Source: Alkalispirochaeta sp.
Lineage (GTDB): Bacteria; Spirochaetota; Spirochaetia; DSM-27196; Alkalispirochaetaceae
Assembly (NCBI GenBank): GCA_965601925.1
Contig: OZ271854.1
Span: forward strand, 864,001 to 928,000
Reading direction: 5' to 3'
DNA length: 64,000 nucleotides
Every line of letters starts with the position of its first letter. The first letter of the stretch is position 1. The notes beneath the pieces are model-generated. The model worked only from the letters and a program-made list of their open reading frames with translations. It did no database searches and was not told the DNA's origin. The position numbers and the translations under genes were made by a program. Positions 49,306-58,767 of the stretch are shown here, piece after piece.

Positions 49306-50748
49306 TTACTCCTTGGATACCTCCCGCGGAACCTCATCGATACCGAAGTAGTCATGTGCGTTGTACCACGAGATATTCTGAATCATACCGCCGAGGAGTT
49401 CGAAATCACGGGGCGCCTCGCCGGCATCCACCCACCCTCCGATGAGGTCGGCGAGGATACGCCTGAAGTACTCATGACGAGGGAAGGAGAGAAAACTTCG
49501 GCTGTCGGTCAGCATTCCGACAAAGCGACTTAACAGACCCTGGTTGGCAAGACTCGTCATCTGCCGGATCATCCCGTCCTTTTGGTCGTTGAACCACCAT
49601 CCCGATCCGTGTTGCATCTTCCCGGCCACCGAACCGTCCTGAAAGTTACCGATCATCGTCGCGAGAAGCTCGTTGTCCCGAGCGTTGAGCCCGTACAAAA
49701 TCGTCTTCGGCAGTTTCCCGTCCCGTTCGAGTCGATCGAGAAATCCGGCGAGGGGGGCGGCGACCTCCCCGTCGACAATCGAGTCGAACCCGCTGTCGGG
49801 GCCCAGGGCACGAAGCATTCTGGTGTTGGTGTTGCGCAGTGCGCCGATGTGAATTTGCAATACCCAGTCGCGCTCCGCATACTCCCGGCACACAAAGTCC
49901 AACACGGCGGTGGTGAACGCCGCGGTATCCTCGTCGGTAACGCGACCGCCTGAAAGCACGGTGGAGAGTATTCCGTTGAGCAAGCCCTCGGTGTAGTCGG
50001 TGTTCACCGGTAGGACCAGAGCGTGGTCGCTGACCCGACATCCCGCCGCGGCAAAATAATCGATACGACGTCGCAGCGCCTCGCGAAGATCGTCGAAGGT
50101 TTCTATCGCTCCCAGTCCGGCGGCCTCCGCGAGCCGCCCGATCCAACTCCGATACGCGCCGGGATCCCGAATCATGAACGCTTTATCAGGGCGAAAACTG
50201 GGTCGCACCACGACGGGGAACTCCGATTTGGGTAGTACCGCCAGCGCCTTGTGGTGAGAGAGGTCGTCGATCGGATCGTCGGTCGTCCCGATGTAACGCA
50301 CGTTCATCGCCGTTATGAGGCCCCGAACGGAAAAATCCGGCGAACCGATCCGACGATTGGCCTCCGTCCACACTGAATCGGCCGTTTGCGGATCGAGTAA
50401 CGAGTCGATGCCGAAGCAGCGCTGTAGCTCCAAATGCGTCCAGTGATACAGAGGGTTGCCGATCAGGTATGGAACGGTGGCCGCCCAAGAGTCGAACTTT
50501 TCCCGCCACGTCGCGTCTCCCGTAACGCGCGGCTCGGCGATACCGTTGGCGCGCATGGCACGCCACTTGTAGTGGTCGCCGCCGAGCCAGAGCTGTCCGA
50601 TGTTTTCAAACCGCACGTCGTCGGCGATCTCTCGAGGCGGCAGATGGCAATGGTAGTCGAAGATCGGCATATGGCGCGCGTAGTCGTGGTACAACCGCCG
50701 CGCCGCCTCACTGTGAAGCAGAAAGTCCTCATCGATAAACGGTTTCAT
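49306..50748 (-). CDS. uxaC: Uronate isomerase
   Basis: IFDYHCHL; GDHYKWRAMR; GNPLYHWTHLEL; GWWFNDQKDGM; GMLTDSRSFLS.PRHEYFRR. Confidence 0.97.
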   Translation of the reverse strand: MKPFIDEDFLLHSEAARRLYHDYARHMPIFDYHCHLPPREIADDVRFENIGQLWLGGDHYKWRAMRANGIAEPRVTGDATWREKFDSWAATVPYLIGNPLYHWTHLELQRCFGIDSLLDPQTADSVWTEANRRIGSPDFSVRGLITAMNVRYIGTTDDPIDDLSHHKALAVLPKSEFPVVVRPSFRPDKAFMIRDPGAYRSWIGRLAEAAGLGAIETFDDLREALRRRIDYFAAAGCRVSDHALVLPVNTDYTEGLLNGILSTVLSGGRVTDEDTAAFTTAVLDFVCREYAERDWVLQIHIGALRNTNTRMLRALGPDSGFDSIVDGEVAAPLAGFLDRLERDGKLPKTILYGLNARDNELLATMIGNFQDGSVAGKMQHGSGWWFNDQKDGMIRQMTSLANQGLLSRFVGMLTDSRSFLSFPRHEYFRRILADLIGGWVDAGEAPRDFELLGGMIQNISWYNAHDYFGIDEVPREVSKE

Positions 50749-50771
50749 GGTGCTGTCGTCCTCCACGCCGA

Positions 50772-51617
50772 TCAGATGTTGTCCACGAGATATCCGCCGT
50801 CGACGGGAATCGTAACGCCGGTGACGAATCCCGCCGCGGCGCGACTCGCCAAAAAGAGGGTCGCCCCCTCGATATCGGAGATCTCACCAAACCGTCCGAA
50901 GGGCGTACGATCGATAATCGCCCTACCACGCGCGGTGAGCTCTCCCGTCTCATCGTTCGCGACGAGGAGCGCACGATTCTGATACCCCAGAAAAAACCCG
51001 GGCGCTACGGCGTTCACCCGAATGCCGTGCGGCGCAAACTCGCGTGCCGCACCTTCGGTGAGGTTGAGAACGGCACTCTTCGAGGCGTTGTACGCCCACA
51101 CCCCGGAGAGCGCCTTGTAGCTCGTCATCGACGCCACGTTGATGACGCTACCCGGCACCGAACCGTCGATCCATCGTCGCGCACACGCCTTGAGAGGGAT
51201 CACGAGCCCGGCCAGAAGATTCATGGAAAGGACGTCGCTGAACGTGTCGATGTCGATATCGACGAACTCGCTCTTGCCGCGATTGCCGCCGACGCCGTTC
51301 ACGAGGATCGTCGGCATGCCGACGCGCGCCACCGTCTCGTCGAGGGCACTCGCGACGGCCGACTCGCTCCCGGTATCGACCGTGACCGCAACGACCCGCT
51401 CGTCCGATACGCCGGTCTCGGCGACGAGCGAGTCTGCGGCCTCTTGCACCGGATGATTGGCACCACGTCCCCAGAGCGCGACACGGGCCCCGGCACGGAC
51501 GAGCGTTCCGGCCATGGCCGAGGGCAGCACCCCGGCTCCACCGGTAACGACCGCGATCTCCCCTTCCAGTGAGAATAGTCGTTCCACGTACTCTCGATCA
51601 GCTTGCATATCAGTCAC
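50772..51617 (-). CDS. SDR oxidoreductase, probable fructuronate (D-mannonate) reductase
   Basis: TGGAGVL; NGVGGN; YNASK; RVNAVAPGFF..QNRALL...LTARG..I...TPFGRFG. Operon with uxaC and uxaE. Confidence 0.82.
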   Translation of the reverse strand: MTDMQADREYVERLFSLEGEIAVVTGGAGVLPSAMAGTLVRAGARVALWGRGANHPVQEAADSLVAETGVSDERVVAVTVDTGSESAVASALDETVARVGMPTILVNGVGGNRGKSEFVDIDIDTFSDVLSMNLLAGLVIPLKACARRWIDGSVPGSVINVASMTSYKALSGVWAYNASKSAVLNLTEGAAREFAPHGIRVNAVAPGFFLGYQNRALLVANDETGELTARGRAIIDRTPFGRFGEISDIEGATLFLASRAAAGFVTGVTIPVDGGYLVDNI

Positions 51618-52388
51618 CTAATCCTCCTCGTATGGTGCGACACGAACGACGTGAAGCCCCGCCTCCTCCAGACGTCGACATTGGCTCGCGTCCCCGTCGG
51701 TTACGAGGACATCGATCTCCTCGGCGTCGGCAAACACACTGAATGCCTGGACACCGATCTTACTCCGGTCGACCAGGGCGATAGAGCTCCGCGCCGTGGC
51801 GATGACCGAGCGTTTGAACTGCGATTCGATATTGTTCTGCGATGAAAAGCGCCCGGACCGCGAGACGCCGGTGGCGCCGAGAAAGGCGTGATCGACCTGC
51901 ACGGAACGAATCGCGCTGTCGGCCCACGGTCCTATGAAACTCCCGGCGTCGTGGCGGTACGATCCACCGACGACGAACAGTGCAATTCCGGGCCGGTCGG
52001 CGAGATGGTTGAGCACCTGAAGACTGTTGGTCACCACACGCAGCTCCATACCGGCGACTTCGTCGGCGAGAGCCGCGCAAGTGCTCCCCGAGTCCAAATA
52101 GATCGTCTCGCCGTGATTTATCATCTTTCGCGCTTCGGCGGCGATGGCGCGCTTGGCCGCGGCGTGCGTTTCACTGCGTGCCGAGAGCGTCCAATGGGGC
52201 TCTACGCGCTCGGCGAGCACCGCTCCTCCGTGTGTTCGCTCCAGATAGCCCTGTTCCTCCAAGAATGCCAGATCTTTGCGAATCGTTACGTCGCTCACAT
52301 CGAGGCGCTCCGATAGCTCCGACACGCGAATCGCATCGCGCACGTTGAGGATCGATAGGATCGCCTGTCGTCGTTCGAAGGAGGCCAA
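51618..52388 (-). CDS. DeoR/GlpR family transcriptional regulator
   Basis: ERRQAIL; VSDVTIRKDL..LE..G.L.RTHGGA; YLDSGST; VTNSL. TTG start assumed. Confidence 0.92.
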   Translation of the reverse strand: MASFERRQAILSILNVRDAIRVSELSERLDVSDVTIRKDLAFLEEQGYLERTHGGAVLAERVEPHWTLSARSETHAAAKRAIAAEARKMINHGETIYLDSGSTCAALADEVAGMELRVVTNSLQVLNHLADRPGIALFVVGGSYRHDAGSFIGPWADSAIRSVQVDHAFLGATGVSRSGRFSSQNNIESQFKRSVIATARSSIALVDRSKIGVQAFSVFADAEEIDVLVTDGDASQCRRLEEAGLHVVRVAPYEED

Positions 52389-52462
52389 TACTTCCGTTTC
52401 CTTTTCAAAATCACAGTATACCGAAAGAAAAGTCGTGTCAAACTTTGTGGTATAATCATAAT

Positions 52463-54040
52463 ATGTTCGGGAGACGTTCGGTAATTCGTCGGCGGTCCGA
52501 CGGTGACTCCGCACGACGATTCTCCCTACGACGCCTCTCTCTTCGACGTCAACAGCTGATCTTCTTCGCGGTGGTCACCGCCTTCGTGCTGCTTCTGATC
52601 GGTATCGCGATAGGTGTAAGTGCCCAATACTCGCAAGTATTCGGTACGAACCTGAGCCGATACTTCCACATCCACGAGATCAGAACGGGCCTATCCGCTA
52701 TTCACGGCGATCTCCGGCAGTATCTCCGCGGCGGTGAGGATGAGTTCATCGAGTCGGTCGAGTCGCGCATCCCGGTGATCGAGGAGCGTTGGAGCGCCTT
52801 GGTAGGTATGGAGTTTCGGGACCGCGCAAGCCTCTTTGAGCTCAACGCGAGTTACTACGGCTTAGTGGCGTATCGAGAGGCGGCGCAGCGAGCGATACGC
52901 GAATACCGCGAAGAGAACGAGGGATACTACTTCACCCTCGAATACGCCGATCGAGTTCGCGGCTATATCGACCTCTATTTGGAGCGCCTCTTTCAGATTC
53001 AGCTCGACATCGGACGACGCGAGTATCGCGCGGCACTCGGTCGACAGGACTCGATTCGATGGTGGACCTTCGGCGGGATAGCGCTGGTCGGCGGCGCGCT
53101 GTCGCTCTTCGCTCTCCTCTTTTCCCGAAGCGTCACTCGCCCCCTCGAACGATTGGTACGACGGGCCCACGCCTTGGCCTCCGGCGACTTCGATCAGCCG
53201 GCGCTGGATGTTCCCGAGAGCGAGGAGTTGCGCGAGGTGGCGTCGGCATTCAATGCGATGAGCGCCGGCATTCGCACCTTGGTCAACGACCTGAGGGACA
53301 AACGCGAAATCGAACGACGACTCCATCAGCAGGAACTTTCGAACGTCAGCATGGAACGGTTGTTGAGAGAGGCGCAACTCGTGGCGCTTCAAAGTCAGGT
53401 CAATCCGCACTTTCTCTTCAATACGCTCAACAGTATCGCGCGCACCGCGCGAATCGAAGGGGCCGAGGGAAGCGAGAACCTCATCAGGGAGCTCTCGACG
53501 GTACTGCGCTACGTTCTCCGCAATCCGCGCCGTAGCGTCGCGCTCAGGGAAGAACTGCGAGTGGTACGCGACTATCTGGCGCTCCAGCAGGTTCGATTCG
53601 GCGACCGCCTCGACGTTGACATCGACGCCGACCCGTCAGTCGAGGAGGCCCAAATTCCACCGCTCACACTCCAGCCCTTGGTGGAAAACGCCATCCATTA
53701 CGGCATCGAGCCGCTGCCGGAAGGCGGTACCGTATGGGTGCATGCTCGCGAAGACGGGGAGGGCGCGCACCGGCGTATGACGATAGAGATCGGCGACAAC
53801 GGTGTCGGCATGGACGCACACACGGTAGACCATCTTCTACGGGACGAACCGGAGACGGGCGGAGAATCGACGAAGGGTATCGGCGTACTGAACGTCCGGG
53901 CCAGGCTCGACCTATTCTTCGGCGCGGCGCAGGTGTTCTCCCTGTCGAGCCGTATCAACGAGGGAACGGTGATCACGATCGGCATTCCCCTGCATCGCGA
54001 AGCGGAGACCTATGGAATACACGATTCTCATCGCCGATGA
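52463..54040 (+). CDS. YesM/LytS-type sensor histidine kinase
   Basis: Two TM segments plus HAMP; LQSQVNPHFLFNTLN; LQPLVENAI.YG; DNGVG; GIGVLNV..RL. Confidence 0.93.
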   Translation: MFGRRSVIRRRSDGDSARRFSLRRLSLRRQQLIFFAVVTAFVLLLIGIAIGVSAQYSQVFGTNLSRYFHIHEIRTGLSAIHGDLRQYLRGGEDEFIESVESRIPVIEERWSALVGMEFRDRASLFELNASYYGLVAYREAAQRAIREYREENEGYYFTLEYADRVRGYIDLYLERLFQIQLDIGRREYRAALGRQDSIRWWTFGGIALVGGALSLFALLFSRSVTRPLERLVRRAHALASGDFDQPALDVPESEELREVASAFNAMSAGIRTLVNDLRDKREIERRLHQQELSNVSMERLLREAQLVALQSQVNPHFLFNTLNSIARTARIEGAEGSENLIRELSTVLRYVLRNPRRSVALREELRVVRDYLALQQVRFGDRLDVDIDADPSVEEAQIPPLTLQPLVENAIHYGIEPLPEGGTVWVHAREDGEGAHRRMTIEIGDNGVGMDAHTVDHLLRDEPETGGESTKGIGVLNVRARLDLFFGAAQVFSLSSRINEGTVITIGIPLHREAETYGIHDSHRR

Positions 54041-55556
54041 CGAACCGCTCGAGCGGCACGCCCTACACGAGCTGGTGGCGCAGAACGCCCCCGGCACGCC
54101 ACGCATACGCGTTGCCGGAGACGGTATCGGAGTGGTTCGCCTCGCCGATACCGAGCGAATCGATATCGCACTCCTGGATATCCGCATGCCGGGGATGACC
54201 GGGTTGGATGCCGCCGCCCACCTACGGCGCGTGCATCCGTCGGCGGCGATCGTCTTCCTGTCGGCCTTCGATTACTTCTCGTATGCGCAAGCGGCGTTAC
54301 GACTGGGTGCGGTAGACTATCTCATCAAGCCGGTGGAAGACGACGCGGTCCTTCGCGTTCTGGAACGATATCATCGCGCACTCGCCGATCGGAGACCGCA
54401 GACCGATGTTCATGATTCACGCTTTCAGGAGGCGGCGCGGTTTCTGGAGTACGAGCTTCTCGACGATCTGGTTGCCGGCGACCCCGATCTCGAGCTGCTT
54501 CGCCGGGCGTTCGATTTGTTGGGATGCGATGAGGTTCGCGGTCGTGCGATCGTCATACGTCCGAGCCTCGCCGATTACGCGTTTCGCCTCCAGACCGATG
54601 CGCAGAAACGAACCGTTGTGCTCAGAGTACTACGTGCGATAGCGCCGCGGGTCGCGGTCCCGGGTAGTCGCGTCCTATTTCGTGCTCATCCCGACTTTGG
54701 ATACATGCTGTACTTGAACGGCAGCGACGGGGAGGACGTCGACCTTACGTCGCGTATGGCCGCCGGGTGCACCGATGCACGGGAGCGAACGGGAATCGAA
54801 ACGGCGTACGCGACATCCCCGGTCTACACCGCGATCGAAGATCTCGGTACGGGAATCCTCGCGGCGCGCTCAGCACTGCGCGAACGGCGGTCGGCGCACC
54901 CGCTCGATGAACGGCCGACGGCATCGGACGCGATCGTTCGTTCGGAGCGCCACGTCCTTGCGGCGGCATTCGAGAGAAACGGAGAGGAACTCCGCGAGCG
55001 CGCTGCGGAGCTGTGGGACCGCATACGGGAGCATTACCGCGAGACGACAAAAGACGACGTCGTGCGTGAGGCGAACGAGATATTGGCGTTTCTCTCCCAC
55101 AGCCTACGAGTCCACGGTGATAGAACGGAACGTCGCGCATGCTCACTCAGTGCGACGCACAGTCTCAGGGACCTGCGCGACGGTTTTCTCGACGCAGTAC
55201 AACGCCTCGCGGCACAGTCGAACGCCGCCGACGGTTCGCGTTTCGCCGACACGGTTCACGAATGGTTGTGGGAGCACTACGCTGCGGACGTCGGTCTCCC
55301 GGACCTGGCGCGCCATATGGGTATATCGGAGAGCCACTGCAGCCGCGAGTTTTCACGCGCAGTCGGTGCGGGATTTCGCGAGTATCTGCGTGATATGCGT
55401 ATCGCCGCCGCAAAGCGCCTCCTCGCAACGACGACGCTCCCGGTGCGAGAGGTAGCCGAGACGGTGGGGTTTCACGACGCGAACTACTTTTCCCGCGTGT
55501 TTTCCGCCACACAAGGCGTGAGCCCTCGATCCTTTCGACGCTGCACCGGTCGTTGA
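54012..55556 (+). CDS. YesN-type response regulator (receiver + AraC HTH)
   Basis: ILIADDE; LLDIRMPGMTG; DYLIKP; VGFHDANYFSRVF...G.SP. Confidence 0.93.
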   Translation: MEYTILIADDEPLERHALHELVAQNAPGTPRIRVAGDGIGVVRLADTERIDIALLDIRMPGMTGLDAAAHLRRVHPSAAIVFLSAFDYFSYAQAALRLGAVDYLIKPVEDDAVLRVLERYHRALADRRPQTDVHDSRFQEAARFLEYELLDDLVAGDPDLELLRRAFDLLGCDEVRGRAIVIRPSLADYAFRLQTDAQKRTVVLRVLRAIAPRVAVPGSRVLFRAHPDFGYMLYLNGSDGEDVDLTSRMAAGCTDARERTGIETAYATSPVYTAIEDLGTGILAARSALRERRSAHPLDERPTASDAIVRSERHVLAAAFERNGEELRERAAELWDRIREHYRETTKDDVVREANEILAFLSHSLRVHGDRTERRACSLSATHSLRDLRDGFLDAVQRLAAQSNAADGSRFADTVHEWLWEHYAADVGLPDLARHMGISESHCSREFSRAVGAGFREYLRDMRIAAAKRLLATTTLPVREVAETVGFHDANYFSRVFSATQGVSPRSFRRCTGR

Positions 55557-55581
55557 ATAGGATGAGTCGTGCCGACCGGCT

Positions 55582-55613
55582 GCATGAAAGTCCTATCTTT
55601 GGCAAGAAAATAC
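55582..55613 (+). promoter_or_regulatory. Direct-repeat candidate YesN/AraC binding site upstream of dctP
   Basis: GCATGAAAGTCC (55582) and GCAAGAAAATAC (55602), 20 bp apart. Confidence 0.45.
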
Positions 55614-55668
55614 AGTGCGCGAACGCTGAAACGGGGTGACTATGAGCGAAAGATTCAAGGAGGTATCC

Positions 55669-56682
55669 ATGAAAAAGCTCTCGTGTATCGTCGTATTGCT
55701 CGTACTCACACTGGGCGTCGTGTGGGCCGGCGGTCAAACGGAAGGGGCCGAACAACCCGAGGCGACGGCGGAACCGATCGTCCTGAGGCTTGCGGAGACG
55801 CACTCCCAAGACTATCCGACGACCCAAGGCAACTACTATTTTGCACAACTGGTCGAGGAACGCACCGACGGACGCATCACCGTCGAGGTGTTCCACTCTG
55901 CACAGCTCGGGGAAGAACGAGCCGTAATCGAACAGGTGCAGTTCGGCGCGATCGATATGACACGCGTCTCGATCAGCCCCCTCGCAGCATTCAGTCCGGG
56001 CTTGGATGCGCTACAAATGCCTTATCTCTACGACAGCACCGATCACATGTGGCGCGTGCTGAAGGGTTCGATCGGCGATGAGATGCTCGAAAGCGTCAGA
56101 GACGCCGGATTCGTCGGCCTCGCGTGGTACGAGTCGGGCGCCCGTTCGTTTTACAACTCCGTCCGTCCGATCGAAAGTGTCGCGGACCTCGACGGCTTGA
56201 GGATCCGCGTCCAGGAGAGCCGCCTGATGGTCGGTTTGGTGGAGGCCCTCGGTGCGGTCGCGACGCCCATGCCCTTCGGCGAGGTATACGGCGCATTGCA
56301 GACCGGCGTCATCGACGGCGCGGAGAACAACTGGCCGAGCTACTACTCCACGAGTCACTTTGAGGTGGCGCAGTACTACACCCTCGATCGCCACACACAA
56401 GTTCCGGAGATTCTCATCGCCAGCACGATCGCCATGGAGCGGTTGAGCGCGGAGGACCAAGAGATCATTCGCCAGGCGGCGCGGGACTCGATCGACTTCC
56501 AGCGTGAGCGGTGGGCGGAGTTCGTCGCCGAGGCCGAGGAGGAGATTCGCGCCAACGGCAACGTGATCACCGAGTTGTCGCCGGAGGCGCTTGCGGAGTT
56601 CCAGGCGGCGATGCAACCGCTGTATGAGGGTCTCAACGACGAAGCGGTTGCGGTAGTCGAGCGTATCCGCGCCGCGCGCTAA
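55669..56682 (+). CDS. dctP: TRAP transporter substrate-binding protein
   Basis: QLGEE..VIEQVQ.G.ID; GARSFY; GLRIRVQ; EVYGALQTGVIDGAENN. AAGGAGG SD. Confidence 0.95.
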   Translation: MKKLSCIVVLLVLTLGVVWAGGQTEGAEQPEATAEPIVLRLAETHSQDYPTTQGNYYFAQLVEERTDGRITVEVFHSAQLGEERAVIEQVQFGAIDMTRVSISPLAAFSPGLDALQMPYLYDSTDHMWRVLKGSIGDEMLESVRDAGFVGLAWYESGARSFYNSVRPIESVADLDGLRIRVQESRLMVGLVEALGAVATPMPFGEVYGALQTGVIDGAENNWPSYYSTSHFEVAQYYTLDRHTQVPEILIASTIAMERLSAEDQEIIRQAARDSIDFQRERWAEFVAEAEEEIRANGNVITELSPEALAEFQAAMQPLYEGLNDEAVAVVERIRAAR

Positions 56683-56717
56683 CGCACGTTCTGCTATACT
56701 CGTAATACACACATCCG

Positions 56718-56762
56718 AGGCGGTCCGGCGGGATCGAGAGTTCTGCCGGACCGCCTTTTTTT
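56718..56762 (+). terminator. Intrinsic terminator/attenuator between dctP and dctQ
   Basis: AGGCGGTCCGGC...GCCGGACCGCCT 12-bp stem followed by a T-run. Confidence 0.8.
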
Positions 56763-56772
56763 GGAGGCTTGC

Positions 56773-57288
56773 ATGCGCGCCGTCGGATTAGCCCTCGTAC
56801 ACCTCTTCGACACGTTCTTCACCGTCGCCCTGGCTCTGGCGCAGGCGCTTTTGGTGGCTATGGTGCTGTTGATCGGCACAAACGTGTTCATGAGATATGT
56901 CCTCAACTCGGGAATCTTCTGGGCTGAGGAGATCTCTCTGGTCATGGCGGTCTGGTTTATATTCATCGCCATGCCGCTGGGCGTGAGGAAAGATCTCCAT
57001 ATCAGTATTCACCTCTTTCGTAGTCCCAAGCCGTGGCTGGATCGAACCCTAAACAACCTGAAGGCCGTTGCGGCGCTCGTGGTAGGATACGCTCTGTTGC
57101 GTTACGGCTGGATTCTGATCCAATTTACCAGTCGCTCCATCATGCCGGCGACGGAGTTTCCCTCGTCGATCCTGTACCTTATTCTGCCGTTTTCGGCCGT
57201 GCTCATGATCTACGAAGCGATTACCGACTTGGTGGGATTCGATACCGACGCGGCGGACCGTCGCAATACCGATACGTTGGAGACCTGA
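56773..57288 (+). CDS. dctQ: TRAP small permease
   Basis: NVFMRYVLN.GIFWAEE; HISI; about 4 TM segments. GGAGG SD. Confidence 0.9.
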   Translation: MRAVGLALVHLFDTFFTVALALAQALLVAMVLLIGTNVFMRYVLNSGIFWAEEISLVMAVWFIFIAMPLGVRKDLHISIHLFRSPKPWLDRTLNNLKAVAALVVGYALLRYGWILIQFTSRSIMPATEFPSSILYLILPFSAVLMIYEAITDLVGFDTDAADRRNTDTLET

Positions 57289-57290
57289 CC

Positions 57291-58589
57291 ATGCCGAATC
57301 TTGTACTAGCCTCGTGGATCTTAGTCATCTCTTTCTTCGTGCTACTGATTCTGCGCGTCCCCATCACCTTCACTCTCGCCGTCTCGTCGATCGTCACGGC
57401 CTGGTATCTCGATATCCCCATGATGGCGATCGTCCAGCGCATGGTGCAGGGAGTGCGATCCTTCAGCCTCTTGGCGATACCGTTCTTCATACTCGCCGGT
57501 GAGATCATGAGCCAAGGAGGCATTTCGCGTCGCCTGATCGACTTTTCCAACGTGATCATCGGTCGCGTACGGGGCGGGTTGGCGCAGGTAAACGTACTGG
57601 CGAGTATGTTCTTCGGCGGCATTTCGGGATCCGCGGTGGCTGACGTGAGCTCCATCGGTACCATCATGATCCCGGTGATGAAGCAAAAAGGGTATGACGC
57701 GGACTACTCCACGGCGGTGACGGTAACGAGTGCTTGTCAGGGTATTATTATCCCGCCCAGTCACAACATGATCATCTACTCCTTGGCCGCCGGCGGCGTC
57801 TCGGTGGGACGCCTCTTCCTGGGCGGATTCGTACCGGGCGTCCTTCTCGGTATCGCGCTGATGGCGATCAGTTACATCATTGCCGTCAAACGGGGCTACC
57901 CCAAGGAGCGGAAGTACACACTTCGCGAGGGGCTGGCGGTGAGCCGCGATGCTCTCTTGGGGCTCTTAACGGCGGTGATCATTATCGGCGGCGTCATCTC
58001 CGGCGTCTTCACCGCGACCGAGAGCGCCGCGGTGGCGGTGATCTACGCGTTCATCGTTACCTTCTTCGTATACCGCGAAATTCCACTCTCTCGGATGTCG
58101 ACGATTCTCGTTAACGCTCTCAAAACGCTGGCGATGGTGATGAGCTTGATCGCCGCGGCGAGCGCCTTCGGATACCTTTTGGCGTTTCTCCGGATACCCG
58201 CCCAGGCGACTCAGCTCCTTTTGGGAGTGACGACGAATCACATCGCCCTTCTCTTGCTCATTAACGTCCTCCTTCTCTTATTGGGAATGATCATGGATAT
58301 GGCGCCGCTCATTCTGATTACTACGCCGATCCTCTATCCGGTAGTTGTGGGAGCGTTAGGCATGGATCCGGTGCACTTCGGAATCATGTTAATGCTCAAT
58401 CTCGGCATCGGCCTTGCGACGCCGCCGGTCGGCTCGGCGCTCTTTGTCGGGTGCGCCGTGGGTAAGGTATCGGTGGAACGGGCAACCCGCGCAATGCTCC
58501 CGTTTTACGCGACGATGGTCGTGGTCCTACTCCTGGTGACCTTTGCGCCCGAGCTTGTCATGTTCGTCCCCAATCTCATTATGGGATGA
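57291..58589 (+). CDS. dctM: TRAP large permease
   Basis: LLAIPFFILAGEIM; FGGISGSAVAD; IIPPS; FTATES; GMDPVHFG; TPPVG. Confidence 0.95.
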   Translation: MPNLVLASWILVISFFVLLILRVPITFTLAVSSIVTAWYLDIPMMAIVQRMVQGVRSFSLLAIPFFILAGEIMSQGGISRRLIDFSNVIIGRVRGGLAQVNVLASMFFGGISGSAVADVSSIGTIMIPVMKQKGYDADYSTAVTVTSACQGIIIPPSHNMIIYSLAAGGVSVGRLFLGGFVPGVLLGIALMAISYIIAVKRGYPKERKYTLREGLAVSRDALLGLLTAVIIIGGVISGVFTATESAAVAVIYAFIVTFFVYREIPLSRMSTILVNALKTLAMVMSLIAAASAFGYLLAFLRIPAQATQLLLGVTTNHIALLLLINVLLLLLGMIMDMAPLILITTPILYPVVVGALGMDPVHFGIMLMLNLGIGLATPPVGSALFVGCAVGKVSVERATRAMLPFYATMVVVLLLVTFAPELVMFVPNLIMG

Positions 58590-58767
58590 AACGGTCGGCG
58601 GGCCGATTAACGTCGGTGCCGCGACGTCGGGCCCCGAACTCGCGCAAAACGTGAACGATTCGCCGCAGGGATCTCGCCGACAGCCGGCTGAACGGTCGTC
58701 TCTATTCTACGTATCGAGCATCGCCGTCGAGTACACACGGCGCTCATGAACAAAGAGGAGGACCCAT

